DNA of 63,179 nucleotides from Candidatus Aenigmatarchaeota archaeon (GTDB lineage Archaea; Aenigmatarchaeota; Aenigmatarchaeia; CG10238-14): NCBI GenBank assembly GCA_018920365.1, contig JAHLMM010000001.1, positions 70,449 to 133,627 of the forward strand, read 5' to 3'. Shown piece by piece: positions 28,637 to 38,004 of this stretch (position 1 is its first letter; each line of letters starts with the position of its first letter). The notes under the pieces were generated by a model. It saw only the letters and a program-made list of their open reading frames with translations, ran no database searches and was not told where the DNA came from. The position numbers and the translations under genes were made by a program.

Positions 28637-29065
28637 TTGCTAAATTCTATTGTGATTTTGGAAGAAATTATAGCTTTTGGGCATGAAAAAGTTCTAGCAA
28701 AGCACAAGACAACTATTGAAATAACAAGAGAAAATTTTTTAACAAAAAATGGTGATTGTATAATAGCTGTAAACGCAAACAAATCTTGCTTTGATTTAAA
28801 TGAAAACCTAAAATCTGTGTTAAAATCTGGTGAAAAAATAATTTTTGAAATTGAAGTTAATGGTAAAAAAGACAAAATAACTGCTTTCGGATCTAATCAG
28901 CTAGATTTGTCAAATAAAACAAGTATTGTCATAAGAAAATCAAACTATATAGATGACAGGACAATTGCTATAAACGCTGACAAAGCTGCTTGCAACATAA
29001 GAAGGGATATAATAGAAGAGCTAAAAAATCCAAAAGCTAAACTAATATTAAGAGTGATCAAATGA
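28637..29065 (+). CDS. DUF371 family protein
   Basis: GH..V.AKH.TT.EIT, GDCII.V.A, RKS.YID.RT. Confidence 0.88.
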   Translation: MLNSIVILEEIIAFGHEKVLAKHKTTIEITRENFLTKNGDCIIAVNANKSCFDLNENLKSVLKSGEKIIFEIEVNGKKDKITAFGSNQLDLSNKTSIVIRKSNYIDDRTIAINADKAACNIRRDIIEELKNPKAKLILRVIK

Positions 29066-29457
29066 ATAGAAAATGGAAAAGAATGTATTTTCAGCTTTTC
29101 TTAACTCTTGTCATGACATTTTTAGCAAGTTATTATATCGGAGAAATTTTAAAGGATCTGACAAAAATACCTAGACCTTGTGTTGGTTTATTGGGTTGCC
29201 CAGAAGGATATTCTTTTCCAAGCAAACATGCATTAATAGCATTTGCATTAACAACAGCATTTTTCCTTGAAACAAAAAACAAGATATTATCTTCATTGTT
29301 TGCTGTATCTTCTATTTTCATATCTGCTCTAAGAGTGGTGACATTTGTGCATACACCGACAGATGTAATTGCTGGCGCAATAATTGGAATAGTAATAGGT
29401 TTTATAGTTCAAAGATTTTACTTATTTTTAAGATTCTATTATACAGAATCAAAATAA
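29062..29457 (+). CDS. PAP2 family phosphatase
   Basis: K.....PRP, SFPSKHA, RV...VH.PTDV.AG. Confidence 0.88.
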   Translation: MNRKWKRMYFQLFLTLVMTFLASYYIGEILKDLTKIPRPCVGLLGCPEGYSFPSKHALIAFALTTAFFLETKNKILSSLFAVSSIFISALRVVTFVHTPTDVIAGAIIGIVIGFIVQRFYLFLRFYYTESK

Positions 29458-29571
29458 AAAAGACAAAATTTTGTTTCTTGTTTTTGTAGAACCGCATATC
29501 AAGCAGACATCTGTTATTTTTATGTTGTTTTCAAATTCATAATATATATATCCACCACATTCGCATCTCAT
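29449..29571 (-). CDS. 40-aa zinc-ribbon microprotein
   Basis: MRCECGGYIYYEFENNIKITDVCLICGSTKTRNKILSFLF; GGGGTG RBS. Not in the ORF track. Confidence 0.65.
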   Translation of the reverse strand: MRCECGGYIYYEFENNIKITDVCLICGSTKTRNKILSFLF

Positions 29572-29743
29572 CGCCACCCCCAAATGTTTTTTTGTTTATT
29601 GTTAATAAACCAATTTCCATAGAATTATAGAAGTTTTATATAACAATATTTGAAAAAAATATTTTTTTAGTTATATTTAATTTGATATAAAAATTACACA
29701 ATCCAAAAGTAACAAATTTAATTCTTCAAATAAAATCAATTTT

Positions 29744-31888
29744 ATGAAAAAGGATGAAATTGTCAGAAAAACGCTTGAATTGTTTGGATTTCAACAATTA
29801 AATCATGTTCAAAAACTAGCTGTTGATAGAGGATTATTAGATGAGAAAAGTATGATCATTGCTTCGCCAACTGCAAGCGGAAAGACACTATGTGCATTTA
29901 TGTCAGGTTTGAATTGTGCAAGCAAAAACAAAAAAATGATTTATTTATGCCCACTTGTTGCACTTGCTCAAGAACATTACAATAGCTTCAAAGAAAGAGC
30001 TGGAAAGGTTGGAATTAAAGTTGCATTGAGCATAGGTGATTTAGATAGTAGCGACCCTTGGTTAAAAGATTATGATTGGATTATTTGCAGCAATGAAAAA
30101 GCTGATAGTTTGATAAGACATGGCACAGAATGGATAAATGATATTGGTTTAATAGTTGTAGATGAAATACACATGTTGACTGATCACTCAAGGGGTCCTA
30201 CACTTGAAGTTTTACTGACAAGATTAAAAAAAATAATTCCGCATGCGCAAATTCTCGGGTTAAGTGCTACAATTAGTAATGTAAGGGAATTGGCTGATTG
30301 GCTGAATGCTGAAAAGATTGAAAGTGACTGGAGGCCTGTAAAACTTTATGAAGGTGTTTCTTTTGATCACAAAATTGAATTTTTTGGCAATAAAAAGTAT
30401 GATCTCAACAAAAAATTGTGGCATGAATTGTCAATAGTAACAAACAGTTTAGAGATGGGCAAGCAAGTTCTATTTTTTGTCGCATCTAGAAGAAATGCAG
30501 AATCTTTAGCAGAGAAATTATCAGATGACATAAAAAATTTTTTGAATGGTGTTGATATTGCTGGTTTGAAGAAAATTTCAGAAAATGTATTAAATGTTTT
30601 GGATATACCAACAAAACAATGCAAAAAGCTTGCTAAATGCATTGAAAATGGTGTTGCTTTTCATCATGCCGGTTTACTTGGAAAACAAAAAAGTATTATA
30701 GAAGAAAATTTCAGAAAAGGTTTGATCAAAGTTATAGTTGCAACGCCAACACTTGCGCAAGGAGTAAACACACCTAGTCATAGAGTGATAATAAGGGATG
30801 TAAAAAGATTTTATGCTGGAATAGGTGCGAGATATATACCGATTTTTGAATATAAGCAAATGGCTGGACGAGCAGGCAGACCTGATTTTAATTCTGAGGG
30901 CGAAGCAATATTGATTGCTAAAAATGAAGACGAAGCTTTTGAATTGGTTGAAAGATATATAAATGGTGAATCAGAAGAAATACAATCAAAACTTGCGTTG
31001 GAACCTGTGTTAAGAATGCATGTTATGGCATTGATTTCTTCTGGTTTTGCCAAAACTATTGATGAACTGTATGATTTTTTCAGAAAAACATTTTATGCTT
31101 ATCAGTATGGCGACATTAGTGGTTTGGATATAAGAATTGAAAGGATTCTTGACAAGTTAATAGAATTTGGTTTTGTTGTAAGAATAAATGAAAAATTAAA
31201 TGCAACAAAAATTGGAAAAAGAGTTTCAGAACTTTACATTGATCCGTTAACTGGGTATTTGTTTGTAGAGGGTTTGAAAAAAGCCGAAAAAGCAAATAAC
31301 TTTAGTTATTTACATCTTATCAATAGCTCTTTGGAAATGAAGCCTCTCCTTAATGTAAGTGGAAAAGATATAAAAGAAGTTGAAGAAAAATTGGTTCAAA
31401 ATGAAAATAATTTTTTAGTTGATATACCAAAAGAATGGGAAGATGATTATGAAGAATTTATGGAATCCATTAAAACTTCTCTTGTTATTGAAGATTGGAT
31501 AGATGAAAAGAGTGAAGATGATATTTTAAACAAAAGAGGTGTGACGCCGGGAGAATTGAGAACTAGATTGACAAATGCCGAATGGCTTTTGTATTCATTG
31601 GGTGAATTGGCTTTGCTTTTGGGTTATAAAGAGATAATTAAAGATTTGAGAAAACTTAGAATAAGGGTTAAAAATGGTGTAAAAGAAGAGTTATTGCCGC
31701 TTGTTAAATTGCAAGGAATCGGTAGGGTAAGGGCGAGAAAGCTATATTCACATAATTTAAAATCGTTGAATGATCTAAGAGATGTTGATTTTAATGTGTT
31801 AAGCAAGATTATAGGAAATTCTCTTGCAATCAGTATTAAAAAACAATTGGGTGAAGATTACCAAAAGCTGAATTTTGAATTAAAATGA
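29744..31888 (+). CDS. hel308: Ski2-like DNA helicase Hel308
   Basis: PTASGKT, DEIH, SAT, FHHAGL, QMAGRAGRP, IGRVRARKLY. Confidence 0.93.
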   Translation: MKKDEIVRKTLELFGFQQLNHVQKLAVDRGLLDEKSMIIASPTASGKTLCAFMSGLNCASKNKKMIYLCPLVALAQEHYNSFKERAGKVGIKVALSIGDLDSSDPWLKDYDWIICSNEKADSLIRHGTEWINDIGLIVVDEIHMLTDHSRGPTLEVLLTRLKKIIPHAQILGLSATISNVRELADWLNAEKIESDWRPVKLYEGVSFDHKIEFFGNKKYDLNKKLWHELSIVTNSLEMGKQVLFFVASRRNAESLAEKLSDDIKNFLNGVDIAGLKKISENVLNVLDIPTKQCKKLAKCIENGVAFHHAGLLGKQKSIIEENFRKGLIKVIVATPTLAQGVNTPSHRVIIRDVKRFYAGIGARYIPIFEYKQMAGRAGRPDFNSEGEAILIAKNEDEAFELVERYINGESEEIQSKLALEPVLRMHVMALISSGFAKTIDELYDFFRKTFYAYQYGDISGLDIRIERILDKLIEFGFVVRINEKLNATKIGKRVSELYIDPLTGYLFVEGLKKAEKANNFSYLHLINSSLEMKPLLNVSGKDIKEVEEKLVQNENNFLVDIPKEWEDDYEEFMESIKTSLVIEDWIDEKSEDDILNKRGVTPGELRTRLTNAEWLLYSLGELALLLGYKEIIKDLRKLRIRVKNGVKEELLPLVKLQGIGRVRARKLYSHNLKSLNDLRDVDFNVLSKIIGNSLAISIKKQLGEDYQKLNFELK

Positions 31889-31889
31889 T

Positions 31890-32567
31890 TTAAAATTCAT
31901 AACCTCTTGCATTAAAGAAATCTTGAGTTTTTTGAATAAGATTATTATATTTCTCTAAAACAAAACTTTGAATCTGGTAGCTTGGTGGTTGAAGTGTTAC
32001 TTTGTATGCACCCATTAATCTATTTAATTTTGGATTACTTTTTCCGTTGCTTGCATCTAAAAGCATTGCATAAATTCCGTAAAGTCTTTTCACAAACACG
32101 CTTCCATTAATTCTTTCAGAAGCCAACATTTCCATTGAAACCAAAAATTCACAAAGTGCTAAATTTGCAGCCAAACAAAAGCCAGCATCTTTTGATCTAA
32201 AACCTAAAAATAAAAGTGGATCAGTATATTGTTTTTGTGGACGGTTACGTGGATATAATGCATTTATAAAATCATCTGCTGCAGATAAAGTCGATTTTTC
32301 TGGAATAACAGAAACGCCGTAAGCGCCTTCTATACTAAAATTATTTACAACCTGAACTCGAGGGTGTATAGGTGGGATTGATCCAGGTGATTTATATCCT
32401 AACATCGGTCCCAAACTAATATTTAGTATAGCAAGAAAATTTCCTATTACTGAATTTACATCTTCTACTAAGTTTGCAGGCTTTGGATCTTTGGATAAAC
32501 TTCTTTCAGGATAAATTTGAATTGTTCGATTTGGTTCCGTAGTTAATTCATTCATTATAAAAATCAT
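31890..32567 (-). CDS. Hypothetical protein (ORFan-like)
   Basis: 225-aa ORF; no family recognised. Confidence 0.7.
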   Translation of the reverse strand: MIFIMNELTTEPNRTIQIYPERSLSKDPKPANLVEDVNSVIGNFLAILNISLGPMLGYKSPGSIPPIHPRVQVVNNFSIEGAYGVSVIPEKSTLSAADDFINALYPRNRPQKQYTDPLLFLGFRSKDAGFCLAANLALCEFLVSMEMLASERINGSVFVKRLYGIYAMLLDASNGKSNPKLNRLMGAYKVTLQPPSYQIQSFVLEKYNNLIQKTQDFFNARGYEF

Positions 32568-32580
32568 ACAACAAAGCTTT

Positions 32581-33420
32581 TTATTCTTTTAGGTTTCTAA
32601 AAATTTGTAAACCATCAAGATCTGAATCAACAAAATCTTCAGGAGTCAAACAAACATCATATAAATTTGGATTATAACTTGGCGGCAAAATTAAGTTTTT
32701 TATTTTTTCTCTTTTTCTAACATTTTCTGATGGAACTTGAGGTAATATTTGATTTGAAGAAATGCGACCTTTGAAACTTTGTTTTATTTGTTCTATAGTC
32801 TGTATTAAAAAAGTTTCTAGAACATTTAATTCATTTTTATCTGGTTCTACAAATACTAGTCCAAGTTCTTCCATTTTTTCATTTACAAAATTATACAAAT
32901 TGGGTATTTTTTCCACATTACGTTTGCATAAGCAACCAAATGCATTAACAAATCTTTCTAAAATTATTCTTGGATCCTTCACAGATGGAATTGTATTCCA
33001 ATAATTCCATTCAGGAGATAAAATCAAAGAACAAGTTGCTCCAAACAATTGAGGCCCAATAGTATTTGCAGCAATGCAATATTGTGCTAGACTTGGCACA
33101 CATGAAGTAAATTCTATGGGATCGCCTCTAACACGCATTCGAGATGGTTTTGGCATGTGACTTGTCGGCTGAACATAACTTTGACAAAGAGCTGCATATT
33201 CTCCAACTAATTCAAACAATTTTGGCATTAAATATAGAAAACCGTCTGCAATTTGCCTTCCGTTTGATACTAAAACAAAATATCCTTGAATTTCAACAAG
33301 TTTTGGATTAATCCCAGAATTTTTTAGAATATCTTCAGGATTATCACTGCCTCTGTATAATTTAACATTAGTTTCAGGCACAATAGGTTTTGTTCCAACA
33401 TATTCTAATGTATAATTCAT
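32581..33420 (-). CDS. Hypothetical protein, candidate R-S-E ADP-ribosyltransferase fold
   Basis: ORF is clear. Function is suggested only by KLYRGSDNPEDILKNSGINP, FTSCVPS and EWNYWNTIP. Confidence 0.45.
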   Translation of the reverse strand: MNYTLEYVGTKPIVPETNVKLYRGSDNPEDILKNSGINPKLVEIQGYFVLVSNGRQIADGFLYLMPKLFELVGEYAALCQSYVQPTSHMPKPSRMRVRGDPIEFTSCVPSLAQYCIAANTIGPQLFGATCSLILSPEWNYWNTIPSVKDPRIILERFVNAFGCLCKRNVEKIPNLYNFVNEKMEELGLVFVEPDKNELNVLETFLIQTIEQIKQSFKGRISSNQILPQVPSENVRKREKIKNLILPPSYNPNLYDVCLTPEDFVDSDLDGLQIFRNLKE

Positions 33421-33562
33421 ATAAAATGTAAAACAATAAAACTTTTTATTCTTTTTGTTTTCTAAACATTGGTACTTTAGTGCAATATCGGTTCCTTGTT
33501 GAGCCTAAAATGGTTTTTTCAAAACCATTTCAGCTATAATTTTTCATTAAAATATTTTGATT

Positions 33563-34183
33563 TCAATCTCTTCTTTTGCTTGACACAAGCAAATCCAAAA
33601 TTCTTATGAATATGTTCAAAAAGTCTAGGTATAATGCTAAAACAGCGTCTGTAACATACTTGTCAGGATAATCTCTTAAAATTTTTGACATGTCATACAA
33701 AACAAAACCCAAAAACACTAGTAAAACGCCAACATTAATTATAAGATTCATCAATGGTTGTTTTAAGAAAATGTTTACAATAGATGCTAGTATAAATCCT
33801 AACAAAGCAAATGTTAGAAAAACTCCTATTGATCTGAAATCTTTGTTAGTGAAATATACATATCCTGCTAATGTAGCAAAAACAAACGTAGTTAATGCAA
33901 GAGCTTGAAAGACTATCTCAACGCCGCCCTCAAATGCAGCCCAAGCAACAATTGGAGCTGTCGTTGTTCCTGTAAGAAATACGAATAGAAATAAAAGCCA
34001 TGTTGGAAATCCGCTTTTCTTTCTTAAAAAGAATGTTGCAATCAATATTGCAAATTCAGCTATTACTATAGGTATGAACAATATTGGTGGTATGAAAAAT
34101 CCTACACCGACACCAATTGTAGCTATTAGTAAACTTAGAACAAACATTGGCAATACTTTTTTGTTAAATGTTTCTTTTTGCAT
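33563..34183 (-). CDS. Bax inhibitor-1/YccA family membrane protein
   Basis: 7 TM helices, LYDMS.I, LALYLDFLNIF. Confidence 0.9.
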   Translation of the reverse strand: MQKETFNKKVLPMFVLSLLIATIGVGVGFFIPPILFIPIVIAEFAILIATFFLRKKSGFPTWLLFLFVFLTGTTTAPIVAWAAFEGGVEIVFQALALTTFVFATLAGYVYFTNKDFRSIGVFLTFALLGFILASIVNIFLKQPLMNLIINVGVLLVFLGFVLYDMSKILRDYPDKYVTDAVLALYLDFLNIFIRILDLLVSSKRRD

Positions 34184-34278
34184 AAGCTATTATTTGAAAA
34201 AAATATATTTAAAAATTTTGTTTATTGGTACCAATAAAAATTCAAGTTTTATTAGATTGGAAAAATCATTCAAATTAT

Positions 34279-34352
34279 GGGGTAGTGGTATAACTTGGCT
34301 ATTATTCCAGCTTCGGGGGCTGGCGATCTGGGTTCAAATCCCAGCTACCTCA
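34279..34352 (+). tRNA. tRNA-Pro(CGG)
   Basis: GGGGTAG/CTACCTC acceptor; CCAGC-TTCGGGG-GCTGG anticodon arm. Confidence 0.92.
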
Positions 34353-34850
34353 TTCAAAAAGAAGCTTTAACTCTTCGTTTTCAAATCTTTTTCCTGAAAA
34401 ATTCAAATTTGATGGTATTGGTATTAGTTTGAAATATCCTTTATCTCCTGCAATTGCTCTAACTTCAACAGATTTTGAATAAGCATTAACACTAACATCA
34501 TCTTTACTTTTTACCCCAGGTAATTTTACAATAACAATATATTTTTCATTTACATTAGCTGTTTCTGTTTGAGGTTCAATAACATTTTCAGGCAGTTTTA
34601 TTGTTTTTTGCTTTGGTTGTTTGTGTCTAAAGTTTTCATTAGGTCTTTGTGAAATTGTTATTGTTATATTTTTAGGGAAAATTATATCCTCCATATCAAC
34701 ATCTTCTTCTATTCTTTTAGTCAATTCTCTTATTTGTCTGTTCAAAAATTCAACCATGTCATAACTGCCTATCATCAAACCACAATTTGGGCAGAAATTC
34801 CAATTTTCTTTTAATTTTTCATTGCAATTTTCACAATTCATGAAAATCAC
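34350..34850 (-). CDS. Zinc-ribbon plus Hsp20-like domain protein
   Basis: CENC...W.FCPNCG; EP.TE...LPGV...VEVRA...YFK.IP.P. Confidence 0.75.
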   Translation of the reverse strand: MIFMNCENCNEKLKENWNFCPNCGLMIGSYDMVEFLNRQIRELTKRIEEDVDMEDIIFPKNITITISQRPNENFRHKQPKQKTIKLPENVIEPQTETANVNEKYIVIVKLPGVKSKDDVSVNAYSKSVEVRAIAGDKGYFKLIPIPSNLNFSGKRFENEELKLLFE

Positions 34851-34982
34851 CGTGCGTTTATATATCGTTTAACTCCTTTTTAAGAATATCGTTTTTTTAC
34901 TATTTATTACACCAAGATAATAATGTCACTACCGATAAGTATTTAAACTTTACTTCAAAAAGAATGTGTAGGTGAATTAACA

Positions 34983-35333
34983 ATGGTATTTTTTGGAGAA
35001 GAAAGAGATTGGAAAGAAGATCTATGCGATGATATAAAAATAGATATGGCAGAATTGCTAGAGATTGCAAAGAGAAACAGATGTGCATACATGCAAGCTG
35101 AAGATGTTAAAGTAGCTCAATTATGGGTTGCTTTGGCAGAAGTCTACAAACACCAAAGAAAAATAGAAAGTAGACTTGAAAAAGTTGAAGCTGCAATAAA
35201 AGCAATTTCACAAATGGGTGAAGCTGCAAAAAGAGATGCACTAAGAAAGAAAATAGTAGACACATTCAAAGCAAAAACACCAGAAGAGAAAGAAACAGTT
35301 GAAAAAATAGTAGATACTTTGATGGAATTTTAG
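34983..35333 (+). CDS. Conserved-looking helical hypothetical protein
   Basis: GGTGA RBS; AY..A.DVKVAQLWVALAE. Confidence 0.75.
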   Translation: MVFFGEERDWKEDLCDDIKIDMAELLEIAKRNRCAYMQAEDVKVAQLWVALAEVYKHQRKIESRLEKVEAAIKAISQMGEAAKRDALRKKIVDTFKAKTPEEKETVEKIVDTLMEF

Positions 35334-35458
35334 GCTTTGTTTTTACATTTTTTACACAAGCCTATTTTTATATCTACACATCTAGAGCAGCCTTCAGATC
35401 CGCAAAATTCACAAGTAAACAGTTGTTCAGCATTTTCTTCACATATCTGGCAAATCAT
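35330..35458 (-). CDS. 42-aa eight-Cys zinc-finger microprotein
   Basis: MICQICEENAEQLFTCEFCGSEGCSRCVDIKIGLCKKCKNKA. Not in the ORF track. Confidence 0.75.
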   Translation of the reverse strand: MICQICEENAEQLFTCEFCGSEGCSRCVDIKIGLCKKCKNKA

Positions 35459-35509
35459 AAGTAGGTATTTTTATTTTAATGTTTTAAATATGTTTAATTC
35501 AATTAGTAT

Positions 35510-36172
35510 GTGGTTAACATGAAAGAAGGAGACTTTATATTGCTTGATTTTGTAGGAAAAATAAAAGAAACAGGAGAAATTTTTGATTTAACTGTTGAGC
35601 AAGTAGCAAAGGAAAATGGTATACACAACCCTGATTTTGTTTACAAACCAATACCTGTTATAGTTGGCAGTCATATGATCATTAAGGGTGTTGAAGATGA
35701 ATTGATGAAGATGAGTGTAAATGAAAAAAAGAAAATAATTGTAAAACCTGAGGATGGTTTTGGTAACAGAAGTGAAAAACTGATAAAGCTTATACCTGTC
35801 TCAGAATTTAGAAAGCAAGAAATGGAACCTTATCCTGGCATGCCAATAACCATGAATGGTTTAAACGGAAGGGTTTTAGCAGTTTCTGGTGGGAGAGTAA
35901 AAGTTGATTTTAATCATATATTAGCTGGAAAAGAATTGGAATATGATTTAGAGATAAAAAAATTAATTGAAACAAAAGCAGAAAAAGTTCAAGCTATTTT
36001 TAATATTTTTGTCAAAACAAAACAAGACGTCAAAGCCAAAATAGAGAATGATATAGCTGAAATATATGATAACCATTCATTGCCAAAAGAAGTAAAAAAA
36101 GATATTGCGGATGCTATAAAGAAATGGGTTGAAGGGATTAAAAAAATAAGATTTATCGAGGAATTTGAATAA
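35510..36172 (+). CDS. FKBP-type peptidyl-prolyl isomerase (long archaeal SlyD type)
   Basis: GEIFDLT, GRVKVDFNH.LAGK.L; start may be ATG 35519. Confidence 0.9.
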   Translation: MVNMKEGDFILLDFVGKIKETGEIFDLTVEQVAKENGIHNPDFVYKPIPVIVGSHMIIKGVEDELMKMSVNEKKKIIVKPEDGFGNRSEKLIKLIPVSEFRKQEMEPYPGMPITMNGLNGRVLAVSGGRVKVDFNHILAGKELEYDLEIKKLIETKAEKVQAIFNIFVKTKQDVKAKIENDIAEIYDNHSLPKEVKKDIADAIKKWVEGIKKIRFIEEFE

Positions 36173-36239
36173 AGAATTTAAACTTAACTATTATAGATTT
36201 AATAGTTGTAATAACTTTCAAATAATAAAAGGTGAATGA

Positions 36240-37328
36240 ATGGCAATACAACCGTTTTTGAAAAAAACTGTTAGAAAAGAAAGCAAAGTAGATGAAGAAT
36301 TGAAAAAATTGCTTGAAGAGAAAAAGGCTCATATTAAAGTTGTTGGTTCTGGTGGCGCTGGAAATAATACTATAACAAGAATGATGCAGATTGGTATAGA
36401 AGGTGTTTATACAATTGCTGTAAACACAGATGCGCAAGATTTGCTTTATTCTGACGCTGATTTCAAGCTTTTGATAGGTAAAGAGTTGACATCTGGTTTG
36501 GGTGCAGGTGGGGATCCAAAAGTTGGTATGGAAGCTGCAAAAGAAAGCAAAGAAGATATAAGAAAAATGCTTGAAGGTACTGATTTGTTGTTTTTAACAT
36601 GCGGCCTAGGCGGCGGTACAGGCACAGGATCACTACCTGTTATAGCTGAGATCGCAAACAAAATGGGTATTTTGACAATAGGCGTAGTCACATTACCATT
36701 TGAAATGGAAGGACAATTAAGGATGAAAAATGCGAAAGAGGGGTTGGACAATCTAAGAAAATTTGTTGATACTTTGATAGTCATACCAAACGATAGATTG
36801 TTAGATATTGTTCCTGACGTAAGTTTGACTACTGCTTTCAAAATAGCAGATGAGATATTAGTAAATGCTGTTAAAGGAGTAGCTGAATTGATAACAAAAC
36901 CTGGATTGATTAATCTAGATTTGGCTGATGTAAAAGCTGTTATGAGAAATGGCGGTATTGCAATGGTAGGATTAGGTGAATCAGATAGTGATGATAGATC
37001 ATTTGAAGCTGTGGAAAAGGCATTAGCAAATCCTTTGCTTGAACTAGATATAGAAGGTGCAACAGGTGCTTTGATAAATGTAACTGGTGGAAAAGATTTG
37101 ACAATGAGAGAAGCTCAAGATGTGGTTGAATCAATATCAAGCAGATTATCAGAGGATGCAAAAATCATATGGGGCGCTATGCTTGATCCTGAATTGGGAG
37201 ATGCCATAAGAGTTATGCTTGTTATAACAGGCGCAAAACCAAAAGAAGAGTTTATAAAGAAAGAGAAGATTGTATCTAAGAAAAAGAGCATAATTGAAGA
37301 AGAACTCGGCATACAGTTCTTGGAATAG
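36240..37328 (+). CDS. ftsZ: Cell division protein FtsZ
   Basis: GGAGNN, GLGGGTGTG, NLDLADV. Confidence 0.98.
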   Translation: MAIQPFLKKTVRKESKVDEELKKLLEEKKAHIKVVGSGGAGNNTITRMMQIGIEGVYTIAVNTDAQDLLYSDADFKLLIGKELTSGLGAGGDPKVGMEAAKESKEDIRKMLEGTDLLFLTCGLGGGTGTGSLPVIAEIANKMGILTIGVVTLPFEMEGQLRMKNAKEGLDNLRKFVDTLIVIPNDRLLDIVPDVSLTTAFKIADEILVNAVKGVAELITKPGLINLDLADVKAVMRNGGIAMVGLGESDSDDRSFEAVEKALANPLLELDIEGATGALINVTGGKDLTMREAQDVVESISSRLSEDAKIIWGAMLDPELGDAIRVMLVITGAKPKEEFIKKEKIVSKKKSIIEEELGIQFLE

Positions 37329-37382
37329 GTTTAAATAAATAATTTTAATAATAAAATCAATTCTTATAAAGTGTGATTGCTG

Positions 37383-37550
37383 ATGAATGTCAGGGAAACT
37401 GTTAAAAAATATGTAAATATATTAAAGATAGCTAGAAAGCCGACAAAACAAGATTTAAAAAAAGTCTTGAGAGTTGTGTTTTATGGCTTTATCGTAATAG
37501 GCATTACAGGATTTATATTTTATATGATATCTGTTATTGCTGGTGGTTGA
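37383..37550 (+). CDS. secE: Preprotein translocase subunit SecE/Sec61gamma
   Basis: Y..ILKIARKPT..D plus TM helix (IG.TGF); canonical ftsZ-secE-spt5-rpl11 order. Not in the ORF track. Confidence 0.92.
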   Translation: MNVRETVKKYVNILKIARKPTKQDLKKVLRVVFYGFIVIGITGFIFYMISVIAGG

Positions 37551-37551
37551 T

Positions 37552-38004
37552 TTGGTAATATACACTGTAAAAACAATAATTGGGAGAGAAAATGTTGTCT
37601 TAGAGTCAATAGCAAATAAAGCTAAAGTTAATGGATTAAATATAAAATCTCTAGTTCATCCAGAAGAGATAAAGGGATATATTTTTGTTGAGGGTGAATT
37701 GAAAGATATTCAAGAAGTAATAAAAGAGATACCTCATGCAAGAGGTATCCTAAGAGATCCTGTTGATATAAATCAAATCAAAAAAATGATAGAAACCAAA
37801 AAGAAGGAAATAGACATAAAAGAAGGTGACATAGTAGAAGTGGTAGGTGGTCCATTTAAAGGTGAAAAAGGAAAGGTTACAAGATATGATAAAGACAAAG
37901 GTGAAGTTACAATTGAATTAATAGAAGTAACTGTACCTATACCAGTAACTGTAAATGCTGGTTTGGTGTCAGTAATACAAAAATCAGGTGATAGGAATGA
38001 GTAA
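37552..38004 (+). CDS. spt5: Transcription elongation factor Spt5 (NusG family)
   Basis: T..GRE..V, KGYIFVE, KOW motif GD.VEVVGGPFKGE; TTG start inferred. Confidence 0.93.
   Translation: MVIYTVKTIIGRENVVLESIANKAKVNGLNIKSLVHPEEIKGYIFVEGELKDIQEVIKEIPHARGILRDPVDINQIKKMIETKKKEIDIKEGDIVEVVGGPFKGEKGKVTRYDKDKGEVTIELIEVTVPIPVTVNAGLVSVIQKSGDRNE

Noticed and set aside
34074-34370. 98-aa plus-strand ORF
   Set aside because: Overlaps the YccA-family gene antisense and runs through tRNA-Pro.
35337-35522. 61-aa plus-strand ORF
   Set aside because: Antisense shadow of the eight-Cys microprotein.
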